Below, piece by piece: positions 16,489 to 26,519 of a stretch of 64,000 nucleotides of DNA (within the stretch, counting starts at the first letter, position 1; each line of letters starts with the position of its first letter). Location: the NCBI GenBank assembly GCA_023954635.1, contig JAGSHI010000004.1, positions 1,028 through 65,027 on the forward strand, written 5' to 3'. The DNA comes from Bacteriovoracaceae bacterium. Its GTDB lineage: Bacteria > Bdellovibrionota > Bacteriovoracia > Bacteriovoracales > Bacteriovoracaceae. The translations under genes were made by a program, and so were the position numbers. The notes beneath the pieces were generated by a model. That model saw only the letters and a list, made by a program, of their open reading frames with translations, searched no databases and was not told where the DNA came from.

Positions 16489-17688
16489 TTAGCTTCCTTT
16501 TATAAGTTTATCCACCAGCTTAATGGTGTCTATAATTTGATTTCTTTTTTTCCAGTAACTTTCTGGATAATATCTAAGTAATTTCTCTAATTCGTACTTC
16601 GCTTTATCGTACTTTTTCAATTTTAAAAGAATACTAATTTCATCATTTAAAGACTTGGTAATTGTTTTAAACTCATCTTTAATTTTCTGTTGTAACATAT
16701 TTATTTTGAATTGAAGCTCTTTTGAAAATTTAACTTCTTTAGTCATCGCAATCGCTTTCGAAATAGTCTGGTGAGAGGTTTTTAAGTTTTCTGGAGCTAA
16801 CTCTCTATCTTTATAATATCTTTCTGCTAGGGCAAATAAATATTCTAAGGCAATCATATTCTCTTGAGTTGCCTTAGGCATAAACTTTAATAAAAAGTTC
16901 CTTAAGAGATAGGGGCTTGTAGGGTAAGCATGTTTTATAGTTACTGTGTTCGTCCCAGGAATGGTGTATTCAGCTGGAATATCCATGGTTATGTGACAAA
17001 ATGTTTTGTGACATTCTTTTCTTACTTGATAGTTATAAACAAGATTTTTATTGATAAAAACACTAATCTCATTTCCTTTGTCTAGCCCAGCCCCTTCAAA
17101 GCTAAAAAGAAGAGCTTCACTTTCCATACTCTTTGGCAAAATTACTTGTAATATAATCTCTTTTTTCCTGAACTCAACATTTTTTGAATAACCTAGATTT
17201 AGAGAGTTAATTGAATTAAAATCCATTTTTACAGCTTTATGCGAAACATCAGCAGTTGTACCTGGTTTATTAATCATATTTTTAATTACTGGAAGTGACA
17301 CCAATAGAAGTATAAGTAAAATTCGCAGTGGCATAAACTTAGGAGCGAGTAATGTTGGAACTTTCTTGCTAAAGACTCTCTTAATAATATTTTGCTCTAG
17401 GTCTATAATCTTATTAAAAGGTCCTGACTTTCGAACAGGTTTTTTTTCTGCCAGATCGCCAACTCCAATTCCAATTTTATCTAATATTTCAATTGAAACA
17501 TTATTACCATCTTGGTCCTTGATGAAAAAATCGCCTTCAGAGTTTTTATCTAAGCTTAAAATCATCTTATCAAGAGCATTATCATTAATAACAATATTAC
17601 AGTTTGCACTTCTTCCAATCTGTACCGGCAGTCTAAACACTCTTGACTGGTTTGATGCTTTTAATGTGATCTCTACTCTTTGAATCAT
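16489..17688 (-). CDS. bitopic membrane protein of the Tad locus with a degenerate FHA-like N-terminus and TPR-like C-terminus, function unknown
   Basis: N-terminus VFRLPVQIGRSANCNIVINDNALDKMILSL...FFIKDQDGNNVSI is FHA-like but lacks the canonical S-x-x-H. TM LRILLILLLVSLPVI. C-terminal KYDKAKYELEKLLRYYPESYW. Confidence 0.45.
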   Translation of the reverse strand: MIQRVEITLKASNQSRVFRLPVQIGRSANCNIVINDNALDKMILSLDKNSEGDFFIKDQDGNNVSIEILDKIGIGVGDLAEKKPVRKSGPFNKIIDLEQNIIKRVFSKKVPTLLAPKFMPLRILLILLLVSLPVIKNMINKPGTTADVSHKAVKMDFNSINSLNLGYSKNVEFRKKEIILQVILPKSMESEALLFSFEGAGLDKGNEISVFINKNLVYNYQVRKECHKTFCHITMDIPAEYTIPGTNTVTIKHAYPTSPYLLRNFLLKFMPKATQENMIALEYLFALAERYYKDRELAPENLKTSHQTISKAIAMTKEVKFSKELQFKINMLQQKIKDEFKTITKSLNDEISILLKLKKYDKAKYELEKLLRYYPESYWKKRNQIIDTIKLVDKLIKGS

Positions 17689-17714
17689 TACTTAATGCCT
17701 TTAAACCTTTCTTA

Positions 17715-19130
17715 TTAATCAAAAATGCTAAATTTTACATCTCTAGATGCATGGTCCCAGAGACCCTTCGCAGCCGATAAGCTCTCCTTAGAGGGCTTTA
17801 CAACTTTCATTGTGACTAGAACCATAAGTTCAATATTTTCATCTTCAAATTTTCTACTCTTAAATAACTCACCAAGTACTGGGACATCTCCAAGAAGTGG
17901 AACTTTACTCACTTCCTTAGAGTTTCTTGTTTTACTGAGCCCACTTATCAAAATACTTTGACCATCTTTAATAGTTACCGCTGTCGAAATTTTTGAAACC
18001 GCAAGAGAAGGTAATCCTCCAGCAATTTTAGCTTCAACAACATCTGTTACAGAGGCATTAAGGTTGGCGTCTATATTTCCTAGCTTATCTACTTTTGGTA
18101 AAATATTTAATTCAATACCGTGATTAACTGGATTAATAACGATTTCTTTTTTTCCATCAACATTTTGAACACTTTCCATATAGAAGGTACCGCCAGAATG
18201 AAATTCTGCTTTCTCTCCTGATCTTGAAACTAGTAATGGCTGAGATAGAACTCTTGATGTACCACTTGTTCTGATCATTTCTAAAAAGAAAGTAAAATCA
18301 TTCAAGACCCAGTTTATTGGCCCTGAGGAGAAGTTCGAATGAGATTGAACTCCTTTTGCTAGTGCTATTGCATTATCTCCACCAATTGGAGGATTTTTTA
18401 AACCAATAGTAAGTAGATCAGATTTAGTCACTTCAACAAACATCACTTCAATTTTAATTGATGGAGCAGTAGAAGTATCTTTACTCATTGAATCTACAAT
18501 TGTTCGATCTATTGTTCTCGCTAACTTAAGTGCCAAATTCTTTTGTAAGTTATCCATTGGAGACCCTACTAGGAATAAGTACTTTCCGTAGTTTCTTGCT
18601 CTAATTCCCTCAATACCACTTTTTTCCAAAGTTCTATTAACTGTCTCAACAATAATTTGTGGTTTCGATAAAAACCTTTCTGTTCCATCGACTATTATTC
18701 CTGGGTATTGTCTTTTACTTTTTTGAATTAATTGATTGGCTTTTTTATTAGTTATTCTTCCACTTAAATAAACCTTGCTACCAACAATTTCTATCTTAAG
18801 ACCTTCAATGCCTTTTAATTCTTTTCTTACTTTTCTTGCCTTAGTACTGCTCGGTCTAGGAGTCACTTTAATACTAAACTCTTCAGTCTTGTTATTATTT
18901 AAAGTTACCTTCATGGTCACTTTTCCTCGCCTTTTCGCTTGGACAATAATGATACTTTTATCTTTTCCTTTGCTTATAGAAACAATTTTATCTTTTGATA
19001 AATCAATTACTTTAACAAAGTCTGTAAGTTGTATTTCCTGGCTTTCACCTCTTTGTATTGAAATATCTTTGGCAAAAGCATTGGTTGTTAACGTGAGCAT
19101 GAATATGAAAACTAAAATTGATTTAATCAT
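17715..19130 (-). CDS. rcpA: Tad pilus secretin (RcpA/CpaC family)
   Basis: Signal peptide. The C-terminal secretin signature VPLLGDVPVLGELFKSRKFEDENIELMVLVTMKVV is typical of the bacterial type II/III secretin domain. Confidence 0.9.
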   Translation of the reverse strand: MIKSILVFIFMLTLTTNAFAKDISIQRGESQEIQLTDFVKVIDLSKDKIVSISKGKDKSIIIVQAKRRGKVTMKVTLNNNKTEEFSIKVTPRPSSTKARKVRKELKGIEGLKIEIVGSKVYLSGRITNKKANQLIQKSKRQYPGIIVDGTERFLSKPQIIVETVNRTLEKSGIEGIRARNYGKYLFLVGSPMDNLQKNLALKLARTIDRTIVDSMSKDTSTAPSIKIEVMFVEVTKSDLLTIGLKNPPIGGDNAIALAKGVQSHSNFSSGPINWVLNDFTFFLEMIRTSGTSRVLSQPLLVSRSGEKAEFHSGGTFYMESVQNVDGKKEIVINPVNHGIELNILPKVDKLGNIDANLNASVTDVVEAKIAGGLPSLAVSKISTAVTIKDGQSILISGLSKTRNSKEVSKVPLLGDVPVLGELFKSRKFEDENIELMVLVTMKVVKPSKESLSAAKGLWDHASRDVKFSIFD

Positions 19131-19291
19131 TAAATTTCCTTAAAAATAGATTCTTTATTTATTGAGTATATTTTTACTATATAATGATTTTAAAATATCA
19201 GTTTGACCGGAATTGCAGTTAATTTATGGAGTTATCATCTAGGTTGTTGATATATTACTGAAATTTAATGGTAACCACCTAAAATCAATAC

Positions 19292-19945
19292 TTAATATAG
19301 TTTTGAATATTCAATTAGTTGAAATTGGTTTTCGGATTTCATCAATTCAATTGCAATAAATGAAAATACTATCCAAGGTCCATAAGGGAAGGCTTCATGC
19401 CTACCTTTTTTCCAAACAACGATAAGGCTGAAGGGGATGGCTAATATAATTGAGTATGTAAAAACCTTAAATATTGAAGATCCAGCAATAAGGGCAAGCC
19501 ACAACAGAAGTTTTATATCTCCCTGACCAATCCCTTCCTTTCCATTCACCTTATTATAAATAAAATTCAGAATAATTAATAAAAAAGGCAGGGCAATGCC
19601 AATACCAATATTAATGAAACCTATAAACTTAAGTCCGAACACACAAGTTAATATGGCCCCACACAAGCCTAATAGTTGGATTTCATCAGGTATGATTTTA
19701 AATTTGAAATCAAGCCATAGAACAGCTACAAGAGCGTTTGATATTAGTGCCCAGCCTAATTTATACATGAGACCGTGACCTTGCCCTATATGGCCAACCA
19801 ACATAAACTGAAAAACCATTATAATGATAGAAATAGTATAATAGTTTTTTGGAAGTGTACTTTCTTCAAAATACTCAGCATATTTTAAGTAGATCTTCGG
19901 TGTAATGAAAAGTATCCCTAATAAATAAATTGGTATGTAAACCAC
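19292..19945 (-). CDS. tadV: prepilin peptidase, A24 family (TadV/CpaA type, no methyltransferase domain)
   Basis: Polytopic membrane protein with the two catalytic Asp contexts IIPDEIQLLG and GQGDIKLLLW. Confidence 0.85.
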   Translation of the reverse strand: MVYIPIYLLGILFITPKIYLKYAEYFEESTLPKNYYTISIIIMVFQFMLVGHIGQGHGLMYKLGWALISNALVAVLWLDFKFKIIPDEIQLLGLCGAILTCVFGLKFIGFINIGIGIALPFLLIILNFIYNKVNGKEGIGQGDIKLLLWLALIAGSSIFKVFTYSIILAIPFSLIVVWKKGRHEAFPYGPWIVFSFIAIELMKSENQFQLIEYSKLY

Positions 19946-20090
19946 TGCAATCCCTTAAATACATATTGTATTCTCTTAATATAGAATATTTAATTAAATA
20001 TGTTTGACTAGTCTTGTGCACAATAACAGTCAAATCTAAAAAACAATTCTGATATATACAAGTGATGATAGAAATACGTGGAGGAAAGTT

Positions 20091-20951
20091 TTGAAAGATA
20101 GTAAAGAGAAGAGCACTAAAGCAGATAGTAACAGTTTGCTTAATAAGCTCAAATCCAGTCCAATGTGGCGTAAAGAGAGCTTTCTTTTAGTATTAGCTCT
20201 TGTTAGTGCCTTACTTTCATCGTTCCTAAAGAAAACAAGTGAAGAAAAAAAACTCAATGCCGTTAGAAATGCTCATAGAAAGGTTAGAATTGTTGTTGCT
20301 TCCAAAGACTTAGCAAAAAATTCAGTCATTCAGCAAGAGTCTGTTACTTTTAAGTCTTACTTAGCTCAAAATGTAACTACAAATATGATTCCAGCTAAAG
20401 ACTATCAGAAAATGAAAAATAGAAACCTTCTATTAGAGTTTAAAAAAGGTGATCCTATACTTTCAACAGCTGTTTTAGGATTAAACTCTGGAGACTCAAT
20501 GTCTCGAAACATCCCACTGGGAAAAAGATTCTTTATTCTTGAGTTAAAAGACCAAGCTGTGAGTAATGGTTGGGTTAGACCAAATGATCATGTTGATATT
20601 ATCGTCACAATGAATCTTCCTAAAAAAGGTTCAACTACTTTTACCTTACTACAAGACATTACTCTTGTAAGTGTAGGGGGTAAGACGAGTTGGAATGATA
20701 AAAAGAATGCCGTTGGGTCCCAAATTGGTTTTTACACGGGTCCTAAAGAATTTGAGCTTCTCAAGTTTGCTCAAAAACGTGGAACTTTTGGTATAGCTCT
20801 TAGAAATCCAAAAGATATTGTGATGACAAATACTGTTTCTGATTTCAATGAAGAAGGAATCAATATGGATAGCTTCCTAGATAGTGGAATGCTTAGAAAG
20901 GCCTCTGGTGGATCCGAACTAAAAGTTAAAGTAAGAGGAAAGAGAAAATGA
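20091..20951 (+). CDS. rcpC: Flp pilus assembly protein CpaB/RcpC
   Basis: TTG start with GGAGG RBS, N-terminal TM, SAF-like RIVVASKDLAKNSVIQQESV, RcpC-like PNDHVDIIVT. Confidence 0.85.
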   Translation: MKDSKEKSTKADSNSLLNKLKSSPMWRKESFLLVLALVSALLSSFLKKTSEEKKLNAVRNAHRKVRIVVASKDLAKNSVIQQESVTFKSYLAQNVTTNMIPAKDYQKMKNRNLLLEFKKGDPILSTAVLGLNSGDSMSRNIPLGKRFFILELKDQAVSNGWVRPNDHVDIIVTMNLPKKGSTTFTLLQDITLVSVGGKTSWNDKKNAVGSQIGFYTGPKEFELLKFAQKRGTFGIALRNPKDIVMTNTVSDFNEEGINMDSFLDSGMLRKASGGSELKVKVRGKRK

Positions 20952-21133
20952 GGGAACCTTTAATGAAAAAGGTATTAAAAAATCAACATGGTCAAAGTTC
21001 GACAGAGTATTTACTTATCTGCTTGGCGTTAATCGTTTCCATGGGAGTACTTGCTACATTTGATGGAGGCATTTTAGATATATTTAATGGTAGCTCGAAA
21101 ACTACAATCAAGTTAATCAATTTACCTTACTAG
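20948..21133 (+). CDS. flp: Flp/Fap-family pilin, short form (61 aa; alternative start at 20963)
   Basis: HG/QSSTEYLLICLALIVSMGVLA matches the G/xxxxEY Flp motif followed by a hydrophobic helix. Start overlaps the rcpC stop. Confidence 0.7.
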   Translation: MREPLMKKVLKNQHGQSSTEYLLICLALIVSMGVLATFDGGILDIFNGSSKTTIKLINLPY

Positions 21134-21147
21134 GATTTAACATTATT

Positions 21148-22872
21148 ATGAGTAAAGACAGAAATACTTCAGACATTGAAAAACAGAACTTAGGGTTAGA
21201 GATTGGAGTTAATTATAAGAATTCTGACGGTGTTCAATTTAAACATTTTTCAAAAGGTAAACATCTTATAGGATCTAGTTCATTTGCAAACATCAAAATA
21301 AATTACGATGACTCCAATATTTGTGCTTCATTAAAAATCACGGAAAAAGATGCTTATTTAAAATGTATTGCGGCCACTCCCACCATTTATCATGATGGGA
21401 AATTAATGACTATCGGTGAAGAACTTCATATTGGTGAAAGGTTAAATGTTGTTATAGCAAGAACTCTTGTCACCCTTTCCTTATATCAACATGGAGAGAT
21501 AGTTAAAGATGAAGATGAAGATTTAGATGAAGTTGAAAAATATATTAAAAATATAGATAGAGACTCAGTCAAACTTGTAAAATCCCTATCTATTATTCTA
21601 CAAAATGAATTAGATCTAAGCATAGCGAATATTGAAAGTGCTTCACAAGAAACAAATCAAAAAGCGTCTGCCATTATAAGAAAAAAATTATCTCATTATA
21701 CATTTCCTGAAAATGCTATGTACGATAGAGATAATATTGAGCAAAGAACATTAGACGAAGTGTTAGGTCTTGGTCCACTAGAGCCTCTTTTAGCAGATGA
21801 ATCAATATCAGAAATAATGGTAAATAGTAGAGATCAAATTTTTATAGAAAAAGCCGGAAAACTAACCCTTTCCGATATTGGATTTAGTTCAGAGCAGGCC
21901 CTACTAAATGTTATAGAGAGAATCGTTTCAAGTGTAGGAAGAAGAATTGATACTTCAAGCCCAATTGTCGATGCAAGACTTTTAGATGGCTCAAGAGTAA
22001 ATGCTATTATCCAACCACTTGCTCTCAAGGGAGCTTCTCTTACAATTCGTAAATTTTCTAAGTCTCCAATAACTGTTGATAAATTAATTGATTTTGGCGC
22101 CTTTGATCAAAATATGGGCGACTTCCTGAAATTTTTAGTTGAATCTCATAAAAATATAATCATAAGTGGTGGTACAGGGTCTGGAAAAACAACTCTTCTC
22201 AATGCCTTATCAGGGTTCATTCCAAATGGTGAGCGTATAATTACTGTAGAAGATTCAGCAGAACTACAATTACAACAGGATCATGTTGTTTCTCTTGAAA
22301 CACGTCCTCCAAATCTTGAAGGTAAAGGTGAGATATCCATAAGACGGCTTATTAAAAATACTCTTCGTATGAGACCTGACAGAATTATCGTAGGTGAGTG
22401 TAGAGGTGGAGAGGCTCTTGATATGCTTCAGGCCATGAACACAGGTCACGATGGTTCAATGACAACAGGTCATGCCAATAGTCCTGAAGACATGCTTAGA
22501 AGATTAGAAACTATGACTATGATGTCTGGAATGGAGCTTCCTCTTGCCGCCATTAGAGAACAAATTACTTCAGCTGTTTCGTTAATTATTCAACAAACAA
22601 GAAGAAAAACCGGAAGAAGATTAATTACGGCTATATCTTGGGTAAAAGAACTAGATAGAGATACCGGAATGTATATTACAGTTAAATTATTTTCAAGAAA
22701 TAAAAGAGATGACATCATTGTTCACTCAGAAGCAATCAAAGATTTTTACCGCACAGAAGCAATTGACGGAGATTATAGAACATTTATCCCAGATCTTGCA
22801 GGGCCATTAGACGCTGGTTTAGTAAACGGTAATCTTCCAGATCAAGATTCAGAGGCTCCTCTGTGCCATTAA
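21148..22872 (+). CDS. tadA: Tad secretion ATPase (TadA/CpaF family) with about 200-aa N-terminal extension
   Basis: Walker [15 protein letters not shown], Asp/His boxes ([33 protein letters not shown]). The N-terminal extension has a weak FHA-like pattern ([17 protein letters not shown]...). Confidence 0.92.
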   Translation: MSKDRNTSDIEKQNLGLEIGVNYKNSDGVQFKHFSKGKHLIGSSSFANIKINYDDSNICASLKITEKDAYLKCIAATPTIYHDGKLMTIGEELHIGERLNVVIARTLVTLSLYQHGEIVKDEDEDLDEVEKYIKNIDRDSVKLVKSLSIILQNELDLSIANIESASQETNQKASAIIRKKLSHYTFPENAMYDRDNIEQRTLDEVLGLGPLEPLLADESISEIMVNSRDQIFIEKAGKLTLSDIGFSSEQALLNVIERIVSSVGRRIDTSSPIVDARLLDGSRVNAIIQPLALKGASLTIRKFSKSPITVDKLIDFGAFDQNMGDFLKFLVESHKNIIISGGTGSGKTTLLNALSGFIPNGERIITVEDSAELQLQQDHVVSLETRPPNLEGKGEISIRRLIKNTLRMRPDRIIVGECRGGEALDMLQAMNTGHDGSMTTGHANSPEDMLRRLETMTMMSGMELPLAAIREQITSAVSLIIQQTRRKTGRRLITAISWVKELDRDTGMYITVKLFSRNKRDDIIVHSEAIKDFYRTEAIDGDYRTFIPDLAGPLDAGLVNGNLPDQDSEAPLCH

Positions 22873-23708
22873 TATACCTTCAACTTTTAATGGAATTTAT
22901 ACCTACGTTTATGTTGGACTTTATATGCTTTTCAGCTTTATTTGTCCTCCTAAAGGGTTTCAAAGAAAAGTTAGAACTTGAGCAATTAAAAAATTTTGAA
23001 AAACAGGACAAAACACTAACCTATAATTTTCCAGCCGTATTAATCTGTTCTATCATTTTATTTGTTGGTGTGATGTTAAAATTTTCAATGCTAATAATAT
23101 TAATTTCAGTAGCTGGACTCTATCCACTGCTTTCTAAGTTCTTTAAGAAAAGAGCAGTTACAAAACTTCAAGAAGAATTTGATAAATCCCTAGGAGAGTC
23201 TCTACAAATACTTACTTCTAGCTTACGAGCCGGATTAACTCTAAAGGCCGCATTAACTGCTTCTATAAAGTCTGCCCCCAAAGTTTTTGCAGATCAAATG
23301 AGAATTACAATAAACGACTTTAACCTTGGTGTTCCTATGGATGAAGCCTTAACTAGAATGAAATCAAGGGTCAATACTCCAACTACTGACTTAGCACTCG
23401 GATCAATGATTATTACCAGCAGGTCTGGTGGTGACTTGGCCTCTATGCTGGGAAAAATCTCACTCTCAATTAATGAGTCTGAAAGAATACAAGGAAAGTT
23501 ACGGGCCTTAACAGCTCAAGGGAAAATGCAAGCTTTGCTAGTTAGTTTAGCTCCACCATTTTTGTTCATTTTTATGTCATTTTATGATCCCGAAAGAATG
23601 AATGTTTTAACAGAGACCACAATGGGGCAAATACTCTTAGTAACAGCAGTTATTTTTGAGGTGATAGGAATTATTATCACTAAGAAAGTATTAAAATTAA
23701 AAATATAG
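22863..23708 (+). CDS. tadB: Tad platform protein TadB (single T2SSF domain); start uncertain (GTG 22863 or ATG 22890)
   Basis: T2SSF-like LQILTSSLRAGLTLKAALTASIK...MDEALTRMKSRV...GGDLASMLGKIS flanked by TM segments. Confidence 0.85.
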   Translation: MPLIYLQLLMEFIPTFMLDFICFSALFVLLKGFKEKLELEQLKNFEKQDKTLTYNFPAVLICSIILFVGVMLKFSMLIILISVAGLYPLLSKFFKKRAVTKLQEEFDKSLGESLQILTSSLRAGLTLKAALTASIKSAPKVFADQMRITINDFNLGVPMDEALTRMKSRVNTPTTDLALGSMIITSRSGGDLASMLGKISLSINESERIQGKLRALTAQGKMQALLVSLAPPFLFIFMSFYDPERMNVLTETTMGQILLVTAVIFEVIGIIITKKVLKLKI

Positions 23709-23715
23709 GATTGTT

Positions 23716-24579
23716 TTGGAAGCATTTTTAGGAATTATATTTGAATTTATTTCTAGCACCATCATTTTATGGTTGTTACTAAAATTCTTTGTATTTACAT
23801 ACACTCAGCACGGCTATTTATATGTAGCTGATGATAAAAAGAAACTATTAGATATTTGGGTCAATCTAGTTATGCCTCTTGCCAATATGTTAAGACTTAC
23901 AGAATATAGAAAAATCATCGATGAAAAATTGGCTATACTTGGTCATCCAAATGGTTGGACTTCTAAACAATTTGTTGCACTCCAACTGATCATTGTCATA
24001 GCAGTGTTTGCCTTTAGTTATGTCTTTTTTGTCTTTTTATTTAGTATGCCATTATATTATGTATTTATTTTTACATTATTTGCCCCCACGCTACCTCTTA
24101 TAAAACTACAAGAGACATCTGGAATTAAATCATCTAGCTGTAATAGTGAACTACCATACTTTATAGATTTCTTATCTCTGACAATGGCCTCAGGACTAGA
24201 TTTTAATCAAGCATTACACTCTGCTGTAACCACATCTAAGAAAGGTCCATTATCGGAAGAGTTTAAAAAGGTTTTAAGAGATTCTCAATTAGGTGTTCCC
24301 CGCAAAGATGCATTACTTAAAATGGAAAAAAGAATGAATGTACCAAGTCTTAGACTCTTTGTGCATACCTTAGTTCAAGGCATTGAAATGGGTACAGATA
24401 TGGTTTCAACTTTAAATAGTTTATCCAGTATTTTACATACTAAAAAATTCCAACAGGCAGAAGAAAGGGCTGGAGCAGCTTCAATAAAAATGATGCTTCC
24501 TATGATGATATTCATCATGCCAGCGGTTATGATTGTTTTACTAGGTCCTATGGTTCTTCAGTATGTGGCAAGCCAGTAG
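23716..24579 (+). CDS. tadC: Tad platform protein TadC (single T2SSF domain)
   Basis: T2SSF-like ELPYFIDFLSLTMASGLDFNQALHSAV...RKDALLKMEKRMNVPSLRLFV...GTDMVSTLNSLS flanked by TM segments. Confidence 0.85.
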   Translation: MEAFLGIIFEFISSTIILWLLLKFFVFTYTQHGYLYVADDKKKLLDIWVNLVMPLANMLRLTEYRKIIDEKLAILGHPNGWTSKQFVALQLIIVIAVFAFSYVFFVFLFSMPLYYVFIFTLFAPTLPLIKLQETSGIKSSSCNSELPYFIDFLSLTMASGLDFNQALHSAVTTSKKGPLSEEFKKVLRDSQLGVPRKDALLKMEKRMNVPSLRLFVHTLVQGIEMGTDMVSTLNSLSSILHTKKFQQAEERAGAASIKMMLPMMIFIMPAVMIVLLGPMVLQYVASQ

Positions 24580-24675
24580 AATAGACTTCTAAAAAACTAA
24601 ATACTAAATACTATACAGGATTTCCTCAACTTGATAGGATTGTCATATATTATAAATCCTTTTTTGAGGTTAAAA

Positions 24676-25842
24676 ATGTATATGTCTATAACGAAGAAGT
24701 ATTTACTTCCATTGCTGATCCTATCTCTAATGACAGTGACAAATACTAATATCAGAGCAGAAGAAAGTGCTACCAATTTTAAAACTGTGGCGGTTGTAGT
24801 CTCAATAACGACAAAAGAAATAAGCATTCCAACAATAGAATTATTTAGAGAAGTTGTTACAAATATACAAAATTCAAGTGATTGGGTTCCTGCTCCAAAC
24901 TGGTCCGTAAAAAACCTTTTGAGTAAAAACCAAAAAGAGATTCCTGGTATTGGTGCTATTCCTGCTCTAGATAGAGCTATATTAACAGCTGCCTATCCAA
25001 AAATCTCTGGAGACGAGCAAGACAAAAATACGACAGGAACTAAGGTTCTAACCCCGATACAAGTAATGCTCGATACACTTGCCTTGGAGGGAGCGATTAT
25101 AGTTGACTGTGTTCCTAAAGGGCAAGAGACAGTAAGCTCTTGTGCATTATATTACTATGATAGGGCCTTTGGTAAAATCGTAGCCGCTAGTTCAAAATCA
25201 TTTCTAGCTGGTGTCAGCGATTCATTAAAGTGGGCGCCGACTTTACTTTCAAGTTTAACTGAAGGTATGAAAAGTGTCCGTGAAAAAAGAAGTAAAGCTC
25301 AACTTAAAAATGCCTTTGCCAAGACCAAAGAAGAAACTGTAGATAAAGCTACTACGGGAATAGAGTTAGCTGTTTGGGGACAATCTCCAGGTGATGATAG
25401 TGATGTAACGAGTTCAATTCCAGGTTTAACTTTAGTTGTAGGAAAATATAATAAGGGTTATAGCTGGGGAATTGATCTTTCACTAGCTAAAACAAATGAG
25501 GCTAGCTCTGCAAAAAATATTGACTATAATTCAAAATCTTTAGGGCTTGTGTTTCAATCTCGTGTAAATGCAGCAGAATCACTTATTTGGGACCTCTCCT
25601 TTGGAGCAGGTTACGCCAAGAGATCACTTGTCGTTAATAATCTAACATTAGATACTAAAAACCTAGTTCTAAAGCTCTCACCAGGCCTTCTGTGGAAGTT
25701 GAACTCTAGTTTCAACCTTGGAATTGGAATGATCTATGAGAGATTCTTTCATATCGACGAAGTACAAAGCAACGCGGGCGTAAAGCCTATATTGTTTGAT
25801 GGTTCATTAAAGGCCAGCATAAGGTTACAGACTCTGTTCTGA
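24676..25842 (+). CDS. putative outer-membrane beta-barrel protein of the Tad locus
   Basis: ATG 24676 with GAGG RBS, signal peptide, alternating amphipathic C-terminal half and terminal ...IRLQTLF (aromatic C-terminal residue typical of OMPs). No family recognised. Confidence 0.45.
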   Translation: MYMSITKKYLLPLLILSLMTVTNTNIRAEESATNFKTVAVVVSITTKEISIPTIELFREVVTNIQNSSDWVPAPNWSVKNLLSKNQKEIPGIGAIPALDRAILTAAYPKISGDEQDKNTTGTKVLTPIQVMLDTLALEGAIIVDCVPKGQETVSSCALYYYDRAFGKIVAASSKSFLAGVSDSLKWAPTLLSSLTEGMKSVREKRSKAQLKNAFAKTKEETVDKATTGIELAVWGQSPGDDSDVTSSIPGLTLVVGKYNKGYSWGIDLSLAKTNEASSAKNIDYNSKSLGLVFQSRVNAAESLIWDLSFGAGYAKRSLVVNNLTLDTKNLVLKLSPGLLWKLNSSFNLGIGMIYERFFHIDEVQSNAGVKPILFDGSLKASIRLQTLF

Positions 25843-25991
25843 ACTTACTGTCTAATCTTTATACACTTGTTAAGATGTATACTTTTTAGACAATATAACG
25901 GAAACCTATTTTCAGTAATTTAACCCGTGTATTCACTTGGCATTCACCTTGCACTCTAGCTGGTAACTAAACCATCATTAGGGAGCTTTTT

Positions 25992-26519
25992 TTGAAGGCC
26001 ACACAAACACACAATTTAGAGGAAGACTTTATTTACTTAGATTGGTCAGTAGTAATGCCAGTGTTTTTAAGTAAGAATGCTACAGTTGTTAATGTATCCG
26101 AATACGTTCTCAAAAACCTATCTGAAGAAATTAGTTTAGTAGACCTAGCAAAATCTGTAGATGTCTCTACATTTTATCTTTGCCGAGTTTTTAATAAAGA
26201 ATTAGGAATTAGTCCTATAAAGTGGATGTGGCTTCAGAGAGTTATGGCAGCAGCTTCTTATTTAGCCGCCAATACAAAGTTCAGTTTAACAGATATTGCT
26301 TTTAATTGTGGATTTGCGAGCTCTGCTCATTTTTCTAGATTATTTAAATCTATCTACGGCATAAATCCAAGCAGCTATAAAAAAAGACTAAATGGGGGCT
26401 CTACTGTTTATAAAGGTATGGTTTATCCAGAAATTACAAAAGGTGAACTAGGTGTTGTTCCTAGTCACTTAATGGACAAAATAGAAAATATTTCTTTTAT
26501 TCAATATAATGTATTTTAG
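25992..26519 (+). CDS. AraC-family transcriptional regulator (HTH only, 175 aa)
   Basis: Two HTH_AraC modules: SLVDLAKSVDVSTFYLCRVFNKELGISP and LTDIAFNCGFASSAHFSRLFKSIYGINPSSYKK. Confidence 0.85.
   Translation: MKATQTHNLEEDFIYLDWSVVMPVFLSKNATVVNVSEYVLKNLSEEISLVDLAKSVDVSTFYLCRVFNKELGISPIKWMWLQRVMAAASYLAANTKFSLTDIAFNCGFASSAHFSRLFKSIYGINPSSYKKRLNGGSTVYKGMVYPEITKGELGVVPSHLMDKIENISFIQYNVF

Noticed and set aside
15556-19143. Several 74-122-aa plus-strand ORFs (15556..15816, 15934..16158, 16213..16581, 17366..17683, 17725..17961, 18775..19143) inside the minus-strand Tad genes.
   Set aside because: All lie antisense within longer ORFs that have clear family signatures or operon context. Their Ser/Leu/Phe/Ile-rich low-complexity composition is what is expected from reading AT-rich Lys/Glu/Asn-rich genes backwards.
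19946-20090. Inverted repeat TTTGACT-N18-AGTCAAA in the divergent tadV / rcpC promoter region as a dedicated operator.
   Set aside because: The arms are short (7 bp), the spacer is long, and I found no second copy elsewhere in the locus. This is not distinguishable from chance in AT-rich DNA.
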